NCBI GenBank assembly: GCA_000182565.2
Contig: KQ257450.1
Strand: one strand, 5' to 3'
Length of the DNA stretch: 64,000 bases
From: Spizellomyces punctatus DAOM BR117
Taxonomy: Eukaryota
In this document: positions 11,143 through 25,552 of the stretch, piece by piece
Position numbering within the stretch: position 1 is the first letter of the stretch
How the letters are laid out: every line of letters begins with the position of its first letter
The notes under the pieces: generated by a model
Seen by the model: only the letters and a program-made list of their open reading frames with translations
Database searches by the model: none
What the model was told of the DNA's origin: nothing
Translations under genes and position numbers: made by a program

Positions 11143-11200
11143 AATCGTTTTCTGTCCATTACGTATCAACATCTACAGATAATTCGCAAGATTTCCCGAT

Positions 11201-14200
11201 ATGCCGCTCTTTCGTCAATCAGTAGCTTTAGCTACACGCCACTTTCAGGCTTCCCTTATTATCAACCGCTCTTTACTTCGGGCTTACCAAGCTAGTGCTT
11301 CCGCCGCTGCAGCGTCGAAAGCAAACATCTCTCCAAACATATCCAGTGTACCTGCTGTCCCGCTCGATGGTCCGGAAGCGTTCCGTCAGTATGTCCTTGG
11401 CGCATTCACAGGGCCACTGAATCCCAAGCAGCGTCAACCATTCCGTCGCAACCAGAGCTCTGATGCCGCTGCCACTGCTGCGTTGGATCCTTGGGAAGAT
11501 TGGAAGCCTTCACCAAACAGTGCTCTCAAGAAGCCCCCGCCAGCCAAGCGTGTTGTTATCGTTGGTAGTGGTGGTCTCAGCATTGGACAAGCTGGCGAGT
11601 TTGATTACTCTGGTAGGTGTCACGCAATCATAACTTAGATGGTGTATGCTCGGTGTTAATTATGTTTTTCTATAGGATCCCAAGCTATCAAGGCGTTGAA
11701 GGAAGAGGGTGTCGAAACCATTCTAATTAATCCTAATATTGCTACCATCCAAACTGGCAAGGACCTTGCCGACGTCGTGTACTTTGTACCGTCCAACCCA
11801 GAATACATTGAATACGTGATTGAGAAAGAAAAGCCCGACGGTATTCTTTTGGCGTTTGGTGGACAAACGGCGCTTAACTGCGGTGTCGCTCTTGAGCATG
11901 CCGGTGTCTTGCGAAAGCACAATGTCAAAGTTTTGGGTACTCCTGTTCGTACCCTCGAGCTCAGCGAGGACCGTGATCTGTTTGCCCAAGCTTTGAAAGG
12001 TGAACTATTTTAATCGCTTTTCTCTATCTTGGAACACTTCCTCATATATTCCTGTGGCAGATATCGGCATTCCTGTTGCTCAGTCCACTGCTGTTGAAAC
12101 TGTGGATGATGCACTCAAGGCCGCTTCCGAGATTGGATACCCCGTCATCGTCCGTGCGGCGTACGCTCTGGGAGGTCTTGGCTCTGGTTTCGCCAACAAC
12201 GAAGAAGAACTCCGTCAACTCGCCACTTCTTCTCTTTCTCTCTCACCCCAGCTGCTTATCGAACGTTCAATGAAGGGATGGAAAGAGTTGGAGTATGAAG
12301 TGGTTCGTGATGCGGAAAACAACTGTATCACCGTTTGCAACATGGAAAACTTCGACCCTCTTGGTACCCACACCGGCGATTCCATTGTTATTGCCCCCAG
12401 TCAGACACTGAGCGACGAAGAATACCACATGCTGCGTTCGGCAGCCATCAAGATCATTCGTCACCTCGGTGTGGTTGGAGAATGTAACGTCCAGTACGCT
12501 CTCAGCCCTGACAGCCTGGAGTATGCAGTCATTGAAGTCAACGCTCGACTCTCTCGTAGTAGGTCCGTAATCTTGCTGTTTTTACCGATTCTAATTCCAT
12601 GAGATGGCGCTGACTCTTGCATCTAGTGCACTTGCCTCGAAGGCTACCGGTTATCCTCTCGCGTTCGTTGCAGCCAAGATTGCTCTTGGTGCATCTCTTC
12701 CTGACTTGCGGAACTCTGTGACTCGTACTACGACGGCCAACTTTGAACCCTCCTTGGACTATGTTGTCACTAAGATTCCTCGATGGGATTTGAGCAAATT
12801 CCAACATGTCTCTAGGAAGATTGGCTCTTCCATGAAGAGTGTCGGAGAAGTCATGGGTATTGGGCGAACGTGGGAAGAATCTCTTCAAAAGGCTGTTCGT
12901 ATGGTTGACCCTTCATTTGAGGGTTTCCAAGCCTTGGATTTTCCCGATCTTGACAAAGCTTTAGCTGAGCCGACTGACCGTCGTCTGTTCGCGGTCGGAA
13001 GCGCCATGCTTAATCACGGTTACTCGGTTGACAAGATCCATGACATTACCAAGATTGACAAGTGGTTCCTCTACAAGCTTGAAAACCTTGTGAAAACTCG
13101 TGCTGAACTCTCCAAGTATAGCGGACCAAAGCCTGTGGAAGAAATTTTGGAGAAGGATGCCGAGAACCCCGAAGGCAAACCACCCGTTCCTGTGACTGAC
13201 TACCAGCTCTCCACCTCTACCATCCCGGCCGACTTGTTGCGTCAAGCCAAGCAAAAAGGTTTCTCTGACAACCAGATTGCAAAGTACACCAAGTCGAGTG
13301 AGCTCGCCATTCGTGCCTTGCGTAAGAACTATGGCATTATCCCCCGCGTGAAGAGGATTGATACTTTGGCGGCGGAATTCCCTGCTGACACAAATTATCT
13401 TTACATGACTTACAATGGTACAAGTGATGATGTTGAATTCAATGACAAGGGTATCATGGTACTTGGGTCTGGTGTCTACCGTATTGGATCTAGTGTCGAG
13501 TTCGACTGGTGCGGAGTATCTTGCATCCATTCGCTTCGTTCATTGGGTCACCGTACCGTGATGGTCAACTACAACCCTGAGACGGTGTCAACGGACTTTG
13601 ACGAGTGTGACCGTTTGTATTTTGAAGAACTCAGCTTTGAACGAGTTATGGATATCTACGAACGGGAGAACGCCAGTGGATGTGTTGTCAGTGTCGGTGG
13701 TCAACTTCCCCAAAACATTGCTTTGAAGCTCTGGAACCGTGGAGTGAACGTCCTTGGTACCAGCCCTGTTGATGTCGATCGTGCCGAGGACCGTGAGAAA
13801 TTCTCTAGAATTTTGGATGACATTGGCGTGGATCAACCGGAATGGAAGGAGCTCAACAGTGTTGACGAAGCCCTTGCTTTTGCGGAACGCGTCACCTATC
13901 CCGTCCTTGTCCGTCCATCCTACGTACTTTCTGGTGCTGCCATGAATGTGGCGCACAGTCCTGCCGATCTTCAAACTTACTTGTCGCTTGCCACGGACGT
14001 GTCTCCGGAGCACCCCATCGTGATTACAAAGTTTATCGAAGGTGCTCAGGAGCTCGATGTTGACGCAGTGGCTTCCGAGGGGAAGCTTTTGGTGTATGCC
14101 TTGTCTCAGCACATTGAGAATGCAGGTGTCCACTCTGGTGATGCAACCTTGGTCTTGCCTCCCACGTATGAGGGAGAGCAGGCCGAGACCGATGCTTCGA

Positions 14201-15162
14201 AGAAGGATATTGGTCTTCGTGGTCTTACTCCCGAAATTGTCGCGGATTGCAAGGTCATTGCCGAAAAGGTTGCCAAGGCATTCAAGATTACCGGTCCTTA
14301 CAACATGCAGATTATCCTTCGTCGTCCTCCACCTGGTGTGGAGGGCAAGCACGAGCTCAAGGTCATCGAATGTAACCTTCGTGCGTCCCGATCTTTCCCT
14401 TTCGTTTCCAAGGTTCTGGACACCAACTTCATTGACATTGCTACCCGCGCATTGGTCAAGTCTCCCACTTTGTCGTCCGCTGTCCCCTCGGTCGATCCCA
14501 TGTCAGTTAAGCGCGATTACAAGGCTGTCAAGGTTCCCATTTTCAGTTGGACTCGGTTGGCTGGCGCCGACCCCATGCTGGGTGTTGAGATGGCCAGTAC
14601 TGGTGAAGTTGCTTGCTTTGGAAAGAACGTGAAAGAGGCATACTTCACTTCCATGTATGCGAACCACAACAACTTCAAGAAGCTTCCTATGCCGGAAGGA
14701 AGTAGTATTGTCATTAGCGTCGACAACTTGACCAACCCAAGTGAAGCCGCTTATATTGCGCAAAAGTTTATCAACTCTGGTTACAAAATCCTTGCCGACA
14801 CGGAGCTGACCCAGTCTGTCCTCAAATCCAACGGTGGCATCGATGCTCCTCTCTTTGTCGAAGGCGGAGAACGCGCTCTGATTGACACCCTTTTGGATCG
14901 TCGTATTGCTCGTGCGCTCTACGATTCCCACAAGGTTTCTCTTGTCGTTTCCCTGGCTCGTAATCGTCCCAGGACCACCGACGATGTTCGTTATCAGGTC
15001 AGGCGCACGGCTGTCGATTTCGGAGTAGGAATCATGAATGAGATCAAGACATCTGTTGTGTTTGCTGAAGCTGTGGAAGAGTACACAAAGAATGGAAAGG
15101 TGAAGAAGGATGCAGTCAAGTCTTGGGGCGCTTGGACTGGTGAGGCTGCTGCTGCCGTTTGA
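11201..15162 (+). CDS. CPA2: Arginine-specific carbamoyl-phosphate synthetase large chain, mitochondrial
   Basis: [17 protein letters not shown], two ATP-grasp halves ([62 protein letters not shown]) and a C-terminal MGS-like region. No glutaminase/DHOase/ATCase domains, so it is not URA2/CAD. Presequence-like N-terminus. Introns 11613-11675, 12000-12060, 12563-12626. Confidence 0.95.
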
Positions 15163-15311
15163 ACCTTTTATTGATAAGAGTTTATGGGAATCGTTAGGAT
15201 ATTGTACACTCAATTACATGTAGTAGCAATATTTCTGATAATACAAAACTGTTGTCTTGATTATTGGCTGCATTTCTATTCAAAACCTCTCCAATGTTCT
15301 TATTTACAAAA

Positions 15312-18186
15312 TTATCTCACATCATCTGCGGCGGGCGAGTTCCATCCGGATCCCCCTCTCGAACCCGTCCTACTGGTCCTAGCACTCCCTTGCGCCGAAG
15401 CCCCAAAATACCGATTTCCTTGCCCACCACCCCCGGGAACAGGACTCACCCAAAATTCACCCGTAGACCCACCCACAAACTGAACCGTTCGATGCGCCAA
15501 ATCCCCATGCGACCCTGGATCCCCTGGCGTGGCTGGTTGCGGGGGAGCGAGTGTATCCCGGGATTTGTGATCGGATCGGCTTTCTCTCACAGCTCGCAGC
15601 TCCCGAAGGAGAGCCTTTCCCCTCTATTTTTCACATCATGAGCAAAAGCCGGCAATTCCACAGATCAAAAACTCAAAAAATCCTTTACCTCGGTATGCGC
15701 AATCTCATGTACATACGCCTCCTGATTAAAAAAAAAAAACACACAAGAATCAATACACTTTGCGAGATCGCCAAACCAATTGAATACACGCCATACCGCA
15801 TCCTCAAAGCGTCCTTTTTCTTTATAAAACTCTGCCAAAAATGTTACAGCATCTTCCCATTCAAAATAGTATTGACTCTGCATGAAATTGACAAAAAAAA
15901 AATACGGTTTAAATAGACCAGCTACATGACATGGTACGCATAATACACACCTTATCGATTCCACTCCCGCGACACTCCTCAATCCAACATCTATAATAAA
16001 ACGCGGCTTGCTCGTCGTCTCGCAACGTGGGCGAAATCTGATACAATTTCGCAATGTACATGAATAAGAGTGGGCTTTTGTCGGTGCAGATGAGGGCGCG
16101 TTTAAAGCACATCATGGCTTGGGCGTCTTTTGCGCTGGCTTCAAAGGCTTGGCCCATGGCGGTCCAGGTTTGGGAATGGTAGGGTCTATAAGTATCTCGT
16201 CACATTAGTGTGAGAACAAAGACGGAGTGAGTAGGATGAGGGTTTACCTGCAGGCGGCGGCTTTTTGGTAGTAGGGTATGGCGTGATCTGACATGGCTAG
16301 CATGTCAAAGGCTTTTGCGACGCCGTACCAAGTTCGAAAGTCGTGAGGTGCCACATCTAGTCAACATGCACATTAATACACACAAGTTCAAATGTCCATT
16401 ACGTCAAGGTCCTCACCAGCAGCCCGTTGATATGTCTCTAATGCTGCATTCGAATTCTTCAACTCCATGTACTCATCGCCCATCATAATGAGTGCTTCAA
16501 CATAGTTGGGACGGAGTTTTAGCGCTCGCTGGAAATAATCTAGTGCTCGGAAATGATCGCGCCGAGTGCTAAAGTAGTTGCCTAATAAGAAACGTTATAT
16601 GAATATGTGGCTAAAGTAAGGTACAAATCATCTTGTGAATCTAAACGCACCAATTGCGATGCATGTTTCGGGTCGATATCGATCCAAAGCAAAGGATTTC
16701 TGGGCAAGAACGCTCAGCTTTGTGCTATCTTGGATTGTAAACAGGATATGTGACTGAACATCAACGTATTCCAAAGAAAACGGTTCTTGCTCCCGATAAT
16801 CCTCAAAATACTCCAACGCCCGCTCGTATTCTGGATTATTACAATCAGTAAATCCCGTAAACCTCTTTCACAGAAGACATCACTTACTTCCTTGATTGTA
16901 ATACGAAACAGCGTATTGTAGGTCCAAGTACGTGCTATCGGGAAACATGGCCGAAAGGTCCACGCTATTTTGTGAAAACTCTTCTGCTGCCATACCGCGA
17001 TGCGCCATGAGGTGAACGAGGAAGAGTTTTCGCATGTATCCGGCTGGTAATCGCGGTATCAGAGCTTCCAACTTGAATCAAGCAAACCATTACAGGATGA
17101 TGTCAGTGGACATTTGGGAAAGATGCTGTAGAAGAAAATGCTCACCTCTTCCTTTGTTTCTACCAAAGTCCCAATTTCCTCCCATGCGCTCCAATTATAT
17201 GCATACTTTTGGAGGGATTGGACGAGTGCATTCTGAGCTTTTGACTTGAGCTTCATACGCGCATAGATCATTCCGCGTCTAGCATTCGGGGGTGAGCACT
17301 ATCGCTGCATTGAACCACTGTGCTCAACAACTTACAGATACCAGCAAAAGCTATCCAGGTTCTTTTCATTCTTTTGCAGAGCGATGGCGATATCATGTAG
17401 TTGGGCGTTTGTCGTCCGCGTGCCTTCGAGATGCACTGGCAAGTAGAATAAGCGCCTAATCATGCAAGAAGCTCTCGAATGTGTAACGGCTCTGCTTACC
17501 GTTGAATATGCTCACCTTCATGTCCCAGATCTTGCTCCGCCCTGCGCTTTTCCCCACTCTGTTCAATAGAACGTCAAGCGTTAGATTGGCTTGAAAACAA
17601 CAACAGATTGTCATGCATTGCTCAAGAAAATTTTCCCTTCCAGATCTAATTACCATATACTTGGCGTAACACTTTATAAACAGAGCCTTATCACCTTCAT
17701 AGGCCCGTAGACACCATGCTGCACGATCATACTCTTTCAACTGAAAATGCGCAAGCGCCAGTAGACAAGCATCTTCTTCAGCTTGTGGTACTGTTCGTGG
17801 GGTTTCTAGCTGTGGAGATGTGAACGCCGTAGCCATTACATCCCCTGGTGGGACGGACTGGTCAACTGAGTTGGTCGAGGGAATGCTCACGAGCTGCTCC
17901 GAAGCCCTAAATGAAAATGACTAAGACAGCCGATCCATGTTAAAGATTTTGGAAGAAATCAATGCACACACCATCTTGCGGCATAATAGAGCCCTCGCTC
18001 CTGACATTTTTGTGCCGCATCTCTCAACGCGAGGCGAAGTTGGTAAGAGTCTAATGGGGACGGTGCGGAAGGAACAAGGTTGATCCGAGAGGGAGAAGGA
18101 AGGATTTCTCTAGCGGGTGTTAATGAAAATGGATTGGGGGCTCCTGAAGGAGTGCTTGGAAGAGGGGTGGTAGGTGATCGCGCCAT
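15312..18186 (-). CDS. CDC23: Anaphase-promoting complex subunit 8 / Cdc23 (TPR protein), many introns
   Basis: LRDAAQKCQERGLYYAARW, LAHFQLKEYDRAA, YAYNWSAW, ALDRYRPETCIAIG and TPR exons. Confidence 0.9.
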
Positions 18187-19326
18187 GTATGGGTGTTGGA
18201 TGCCGGGGTGATCTCCAAAAGATCTTGTTAACAGTCCTGAAGACCAGGGGACGCGTAATCACACTTGAAATGTGGTTTCCATCGGTTGCCCTCGCAATGG
18301 ATTTGACACAGCAGTAAGAACGGAACCATTGAGCGTTTGTGCCAGCAGATATCTTCATAGTCGCAGGCCAGGAAATTTTAGACGGATGCTACTAACACCC
18401 AATCTATCGACGAGTGATATGCCGTAGGAGCGCTGTCAACCAACTGGCATGTGCCTCCTAAAAAGTACGATGGAAAAGGGATCTAGCTGGATTATAAGAA
18501 TCGGGATTTAGGCGGTGGTCGAGAATAGCTGTGCAGCTCAGAAAGGTGTGTTTTTCGGTCGTAAGTACATTAGAAACAGGGCAGCATTTTGATTGTAGCA
18601 GCGGACCTTGAAAGCTGCGGATCTGGGGTACCGCTCGCCATCCACGCGTGCAAGATCCTTGAGCAGAGCAATCACAGTGCTTCCCTGTAGAGTAGTGGGC
18701 GACCACGTTGATGAAACGTGCTCATCTTACCCTATATACCCATTTATGTTTAAAAACTATGCTTGGAGGGGTCGATGCATCCTGCATGCAGTTTATTTCA
18801 TTGATCTGTCACAGGATTTTTATTATGATTTGTGAGGTCCATCCCATCACGCTCGTGCACATTCATATCTGTACGTTCTATTGAACAGCTCTGGGCTCCC
18901 TGTAAGATGCAATAAACATGCATGTTCCTGCAATGGATCATTGCAATAAACCTTTTGGCCAGCAATGCCATCCAAACTGTTTAGTCGTTGACCATCGCAG
19001 GCCAATTGATCGGGATGAACAAAATCAGCGGCACAGTCACCGTAGTTCATGTGACATGGACGCGCCATGTTCGATGGGCCGTTGCCACTCATCAACTCTC
19101 TCGTCGTTGGTTGTGGACTTTCTGCTTGCGTTACGTTTTGGACGACTGCCTCCAAGCAAATCATCGCCCAAACGCTTGTCTGCCCGAGCCGTCCTGCCAC
19201 AGGTCTATTGACAATCTTTTGGAGTCTGTAGAAGCTATTTCTTGCAAACACGACAGCTGCCGCACGTTTTACTTTGCAATACCTTATCTGTTTCCACCTG
19301 TTCCATCGCATTCTACGCCGTCAATA

Positions 19327-20185
19327 ATGTTTATAGTAAATTGGTTTTGGAGCTTGCTCTCTGACTGGGGTATGTCTGCACTATACTTTTGACTGTGAAT
19401 ATTCGCGCGAGTTGTACGCATATGAGGATCATCATCATCCATCACGATGATCTTGCCTGGCGGACGGTCGCTGGTGGTGTGCATGATACATGTACTCACC
19501 TCCTGATGTCGCTAAATAGGTCTTTTGAACAAAAATGCAAAGATTCTCTTTCTCGGTCTTGACAACGCCGGCAAAACTACGTTGTTGCACATGCTCAAAA
19601 ACGATCGATTGGCGACATTGACTCCAACCTTACATCCCAGTGAGTAGATGACTCAACGGCGCACCTTCATGTCCTGTGTGAACTACAACTAAATGCTCAC
19701 ACCAAAAATAGCTTCGGAGGAATTGCAGGTTGCCAACATCAAGTTTACAACGTACGATTTGGGTGGACACCAACAGGCGCGTCGTTTATGGAAAGATTAC
19801 TTTCCAGAAGTTGACGGGATTGTTTACTTGGTGGATTGCGCGGACGTGGAGAGGTTCCCAGAGAGCAAAGCAGAACTAGACGTACGTTATTGTTGGCTGT
19901 CCTGAAACTTGTCATGGTCTCACGGTTTGCTCTGCTTGTTTGCAGGCTCTTTTGTCCATTGAGGAGCTCTCCAAAGTCCCTTTCCTCATTCTTGGAAACA
20001 AAATTGATGCTCAGGGAGCTGTATCAGAGGATGAGCTAAGACACGCCCTTGGTCTATTCCAAACCACTGGAAAGGGAAAACTGCCTCTTAAAGATATCCG
20101 GCCAATTGAGGTGTTCATGTGCTCCATTGTCATGAAGCAGGGATACGGTGACGGTTTCCGTTGGCTTTCATACTACATTCAGTAG
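19327..20185 (+). CDS. SAR1: COPII small GTPase Sar1
   Basis: [15 protein letters not shown] | [59 protein letters not shown]; three introns. Confidence 0.97.
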
Positions 20186-20472
20186 AAAACATCTGCAGAC
20201 AAGCTGTTGTCACTTTGTTGGAAAGCCATGGAGCAGTTTAACCAGAAAGTTGAGCGGCTATGAGCATTGGTAGGAGGATGAAGTGTATGACGCTGGTAGA
20301 GACCACATATAGCTTTTTTACGCAAGTATCTGATAATAAGATGGTTCGGGTATAAAATTGCATTCGTCCAGCATAGTCCAACTGGGTTGTTACAGGTCGA
20401 CAGGCACAAAAATGTGGCAAGGACATACATACGTGGTTTACAATTGCACCAGTTTATTTCCCCGGAGGCAGA

Positions 20473-21649
20473 TTACACAATTCGCTCCAGCTCTCTTGCG
20501 TACTCCAATGTCTGACTGATAACCTTGTCTGCAGGAATGTCCAAATGATCCGCATCCGTTACCCCAAAGTAGATCTTCTTATCCTGTGGGTTCACCTTCC
20601 AACCTCGCTGAAACACCAGAAACCAGCAAGTAAGTAAACCTCTTGGAGAACGAAACCAAAGAATTTGGAAAATCCGTACCTCAGAAGCGAACGCCGTGAC
20701 CTCGTCCCCGGATTTGAAATAGAGAAGCGTCGCCGCGTCAGCGATAGGCAAGCTATCGTAGGCCTTTTCGCTGCAGCTAGCAATTTCGTCTCTGTCCGCC
20801 ACAAAAAAAATAATCAGGACATTGTCAAGTCATGGTATCATTGCACAACCAGGACCTACCTGATGGTTCCCATCAATATATCAATAAAGAAAGCGTATTC
20901 CTCTGCAGGCACGTTCGCTCTGGAATGCCACACCTTGTTGTATGATCCCTCCATCAAGCACTGTTCAATCTGAATTGGATGCCGAATGTACACATTTTCT
21001 CCCATTTGATCTGTTTCAATGAGTTCGAGTTCTGTGTGAAATTCCGAGATGCGGTTTTGTGCGAGGAGGCGGAGGAGATTCAGCCCAAGGAGGGGATACA
21101 TCCGGGCGGAAGCTGGGAGGTTTGAGCTGGTGGAGAAGAGTATTAATGGCGTACAGTGTCGACTTTGTAATAGAGGGAACAGACCTGTAGTCATGATAGT
21201 ATGTCTTTAGTTGGGAGATGTAGCGTTCGAACGATGGGATGTCGCCGACACGGATACTCCATTGAGCGCCAATTTCAAGGACCTCGCCTAGCGGCCAAGA
21301 AAAGTCAGCTATACATGACTCGAGTGGAATTTACACAATTGTAAATTACGTACGTGCAAGGAGAAGCTCTTGAGCATCCGGAGCCCGGTCACCAGGCAAA
21401 AGGAATGATAGTTCGGTCAAGTAGATCTACAGTGTGCGCAAAAGTATGTCGATGAGAAAAACGGTTCATCTTGACGTATCGTCCTGCTCCAATCGTGCTC
21501 CAATTACGAGCGAGATCGGGCTACCAGGACCGCGTGCCCACCTTTAGGTTTGCCAAGTATTGCCCGCATTTCTGTAGGTCTGCCTTTGGTGAGCTGAATT
21601 CCTTCTTTAACTGCTCGTAGACAGCGAAAGCTGTGTGCATTTCGAACAT
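20473..21649 (-). CDS. RPN12: 26S proteasome lid subunit Rpn12 (PSMD8)
   Basis: [37 protein letters not shown]-terminal [11 protein letters not shown]. Start at 21649 or 21640. Confidence 0.93.
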
Positions 21650-22172
21650 CTGGGTTTAGTCAAAGGCTTTCTGGTTTGGTGCCCACCCTGACAAGGCGTG
21701 GTGTGCAATTCGCCAACAATGTTCAAGTATACCTTCTTTCAACGTCCCTGTTGTCATGATGAGTGTCGTCGGCAGCTGTTTTCTCGCTGGGTATGCGTCT
21801 CAGTTGTGGAAGGAGAGGATCACGATTGCTCGTCAAATGAATGTCAAAAAGTCTGTGGGTCTGACACGCGTCTACGCTTGGTGGAATTGCTAAATAGCAA
21901 TCAGGATATAACTTCAAACATTTTAGAAGCTACAATTGTGCGCTCTGGCGACTACTACACAGAGGCTAAAAACAAAGGTCTTGCATAGATTTACAGGTCC
22001 GCAACTATGACTTTAGTCCGTCCAAACCACCGTCCTTACGGCGCCCTCCAAATGCTCAGCTACATATCCATAGTACATTGAGTTATTGACATTGTAAACA
22101 ATGGTGTATCGTTCCCTCCGAGTCCCTCGCCATCGTCCTGCTCTCTACTTCCCGCGCAGATCACAAGAATAA

Positions 22173-23199
22173 CTAGTAAATTCCTTCGTCGGAATTTTTG
22201 TAGGCCGACAATGCCCGAAAGACGTATCCACCAAACACTCCACCGACAATGGGCCCTACAATTGGAATCCAAAAGTAATGGTTGTATGCTGTAAAGGGTT
22301 CTGAGCCCCATCCAGCGATTGCTGTTAGAGTTCGAGGTCCCAAATCACGAGCCGGATTTATGGCGTATCCCGTCTCTGATCCCAAAGCCATGCCGATCGC
22401 CATGACAAGCAATGAGACTGCTATTGGTCCATAGCCATCTGGTGCTGCACTGTTGCCGGCTTCGCTACACGCATAGATTCCAATCATCAAAATAGCCGTA
22501 CCAAGAAATTCAGAGAAGAAGGCCGCAACTGTGGAAAGGTATGGTTGTGGGTATGTTGAAAAGATGCCTGCTGTCGCCTTGGGTCCGAGAGTTTGACGGT
22601 CGCCTCCATCGAATGCATCTAGCGCGGCGTGGTAGTTTCCAAAAATGACGGCTGCAGCAAGGAAAGCGCCAAGAATTTGGGCAATCACGTAACCTGGCAC
22701 TTTGCGCCATGGGAAGCCTTTGTGGATGGCATTGCTGATAGTTACGGCCGGATTCAAATGAGCTCCCTAAATTAGATGATGATCGATATGTCAAACATTC
22801 TTGTCATAGTGTGCGATCATGGATAGGCTTACCGAGATGCCTCCGCTTGCATAGATACCAAAGAGTACTCCAAGTCCCCACCCAATGTTGATGGACAGGT
22901 ATTCCCCGTTCTTATTGTTGTGAAGAACTACCTGGGCAACAACGCCGTTGCCAAAGATGATGAGGATAAATGTACCCAACAATTCTGCTAGTTCCTCGCT
23001 GTTGAATGTTGTGAAACATACAAACATTTAGAAAAAAAAAAAAACTTTATATCGATATGGAAGCATGGATTTCATACCGAAATTGATGGCGTATGTATGC
23101 AAGGTGGCCAGACTTGTTTTTGTGAGTGACTTTATCCTGGATCTCAGGAGCCATGTCGACAATGGTCTCTTTGCTCTCTTGGGGATCCAAAGTCGACAT
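22173..23199 (-). CDS. Aquaglyceroporin (MIP family, GlpF-type)
   Basis: AELLGTFILIIFG, first NPA (AHLNPAVT), second NPA followed by Asp (YAINPARDLGPR) typical of glycerol channels, GIFSTYP; two introns. Confidence 0.93.
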
Positions 23200-24433
23200 G
23201 ATGGTTGCGATAGTTAATCGGGGTCACAAAGAGGTCTTTAATTATTGACGGGAGGTGCAAACTGAGAGCGGTATAAGAATATCAAGAAATTCGGGATGCT
23301 ATCTTGGCATTTCCGTGGGGCGGCTCAAAAAAAAAGTACATTCTCCTTTTATATGTCCGAGAGCGGACAAAGCGGCATTTGCATCTTTTTTCTCAGTTCC
23401 CGCGCGTCAAGAACAGTAGGTGACATATGGATTGACAAATGGAAAAAAAAAAAAAAGGTCTTCCGATGAATTCCCCCATCGATCCGCACAACAACCCCCA
23501 GTCACCCAGGGCGACCCAAAAGAACAAACGGGTTTGAAAGTTTTCCACGGCTGCAAAGCACTGGGCCACCCCATCAAGAAACGACATTAGCGAAAAAAAA
23601 AGAGTTGCTCTGCATGGAAACAGCTGCTTCATGTCGCGTGGTTTGTATGTCGGTTGAACATTTTATGCCGGTTAACAAGGGAAACAATTTGGGTAGTTTA
23701 GACTGCGCAAAGCGCTTCAAGTGGGTCAGCTGGTTGGAAAACTGCATTTGGCAAAAACGCACGGCCACACACACATTTGGCCAAGAAACGATTGACTGTG
23801 GATAGCCCCTCCACAGCTGACGAAAAGTTTGGGAATTTGGCAACAGAAAAACGTAGCTGTAAAAGAGCGCAGACTTGTAAAGATGTGGTCACTCGACTGG
23901 TATGGGGGTCTCTCCAAACGTCATCTCACAGCCCTTATTATTAGTGGCTGTACGCACGTGACATTTCCCAGTAATTTACATTTACAAGAAAATATAGGTG
24001 TAAGAGTATATCCTGTAGTTGCACACACTTGCATTTGTGGGATGGCCACTGTCCAGCGTTCGAGTGGGTTGCCTACCTTGCAGGGCCAATGTAGAAGGGG
24101 TTACGCCTGGTTGTTCGTACGCGCATCGCACAGGCAGAGCGTCCTCCCCGGCTCATATCCTGTATCAAGACACAATCGCTTGTTTGATGTCTAGAGAACC
24201 TGATGCTTGGAGACTACTTGTATGCCATCGATAGAGATTTATTTTTTTTCGTTTGATTATCAAGATATTCCTGTGGCAGGGGCCTTGAAATGCTGTGGTT
24301 ACTGGTAGTGTTCAAGGTTTTTAGTTGCCAAAAGGTTTCATGGTTGCTGACGAGATCGTGGCAAAGCAGAAACCACGTGATACTAACCCAAATCTCACAA
24401 GCGTTTGCACTTTCTGCTCTAAAGCCTTCTACC

Positions 24434-25542
24434 ATGAAACGAACCCGCGACGACGAGCGCGACGACGAGGTAGCGGTGACTGGCGGTGAGGACGGAGCAA
24501 GGAGACCCGCAAAACATCATAAACCTACAGAGGGAGCCGGCACCAATGCACATGTTGTCGCCCAACACTACAATGCTCGACCCGAGGTGGGCCGCGACCG
24601 TCGAAAAGACTCGCCAATCCTCCACCTGAAAAACTTTAACAACTGGATCAAATCTATCTTGATCAGTAAATACGCTCATAGAGGGTTCCATGTAATGGAC
24701 TTTTGTTGTGGAAAAGGAGGAGACTTGCTCAAATGGAGCAAAGCGGGAATACGGCACCTGGTTGGAGTTGACATTGCTGCCGTGTCTATTGAACAAGCAC
24801 AAGAACGATATACCCAAGGACGAGGAAACAGGTTCCAGGCGACATTTTTTGCAGCGGATTGTTTTGGAGTATCCATCTATGACAAGCTTCCGCCGGGGCA
24901 TAAATTGGATCTTGTAAGCTGTCAGTTTGCGCTCCACTACTCCTTTGAATCAGAGGCGAAGGCGCGCATCGGACTGGAGAATATCACGAAAAGCCTGAAA
25001 ACCGGTGGTCATTTTATTGGAACTATCCCGAACGCATATTGGATTGTAAAGAGATTGCGCGCTGCTGATGGGCTGTCGTTTGGGAATTCCATCTTGACGG
25101 TTGCCTTTGATCAACGAGATGACTACCCTCGTTTTGGGCACAAATATTGGTTCGAGCTAAAAGATGCTATCGATAACTGTCCTGAGTATCTCTTGCATTT
25201 TCCCACATTCGAAAAGTAAGAAAATAGCCGCCGATAATGAGTGTGCCAATAATTATTAACAAAGTACTGTACAGGTTGGCTTTAGAATACGGTTTAGAGC
25301 TAGAATATAAGAAACCATTCCATGAAATCTTCCAAGAGGAATCGCAAAATGAGCAGCATCGAAATCTGCTATATAGGATGAATGTTGTAAATGACGAAGG
25401 CACAATTTCCGCTGATGAGTGGGAGGTAGCGGGTGGGTACATGCTAGTCCATGCAGTCACTATGCCGAATACGTGTTCTGACGCTGCTTTCACTGGCTAT
25501 TTAGGTTTGTATATCGCCTTTGCCTTCCGTAAAGTCTCATGA
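24434..25542 (+). CDS. ABD1: mRNA cap guanine-N7 methyltransferase
   Basis: VAQHYNARP, LKNFNNWIKS, SAM-binding DFCCGKGGDLLKW, VSCQFALHYSFE, PEYLLHF, LYIAFAFRK. Confidence 0.95.
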
Positions 25543-25552
25543 GCGATCGTTC

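Noticed and set aside
11092-11178. Alternative intron (GTTTCC...CTACAG) that would cut the AAP-like uORF and create an ORF overlapping the CPA2 start
   Set aside because: Weak donor and no good branch site. Not called, but worth checking in RNA-seq because it would change the uORF.
12961-15213. Long minus-strand ORFs (189-254 aa) opposite CPA2
   Set aside because: Antisense shadows caused by strong codon bias in a highly expressed gene.
18988-19326. Open frame in phase with SAR1, suggesting an N-terminal extension; minus-strand ORF 18847-19311
   Set aside because: Sar1 depends on an N-terminal amphipathic helix that starts at 19327. Neither ORF has recognisable motifs.
19422-19506. Possible C/D snoRNA in the 150-nt SAR1 intron (ATGAGGA...CTGA)
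   Set aside because: Imperfect C box; the CTGA is only 13 nt from the acceptor and may be the branch site; no recognisable rRNA guide.
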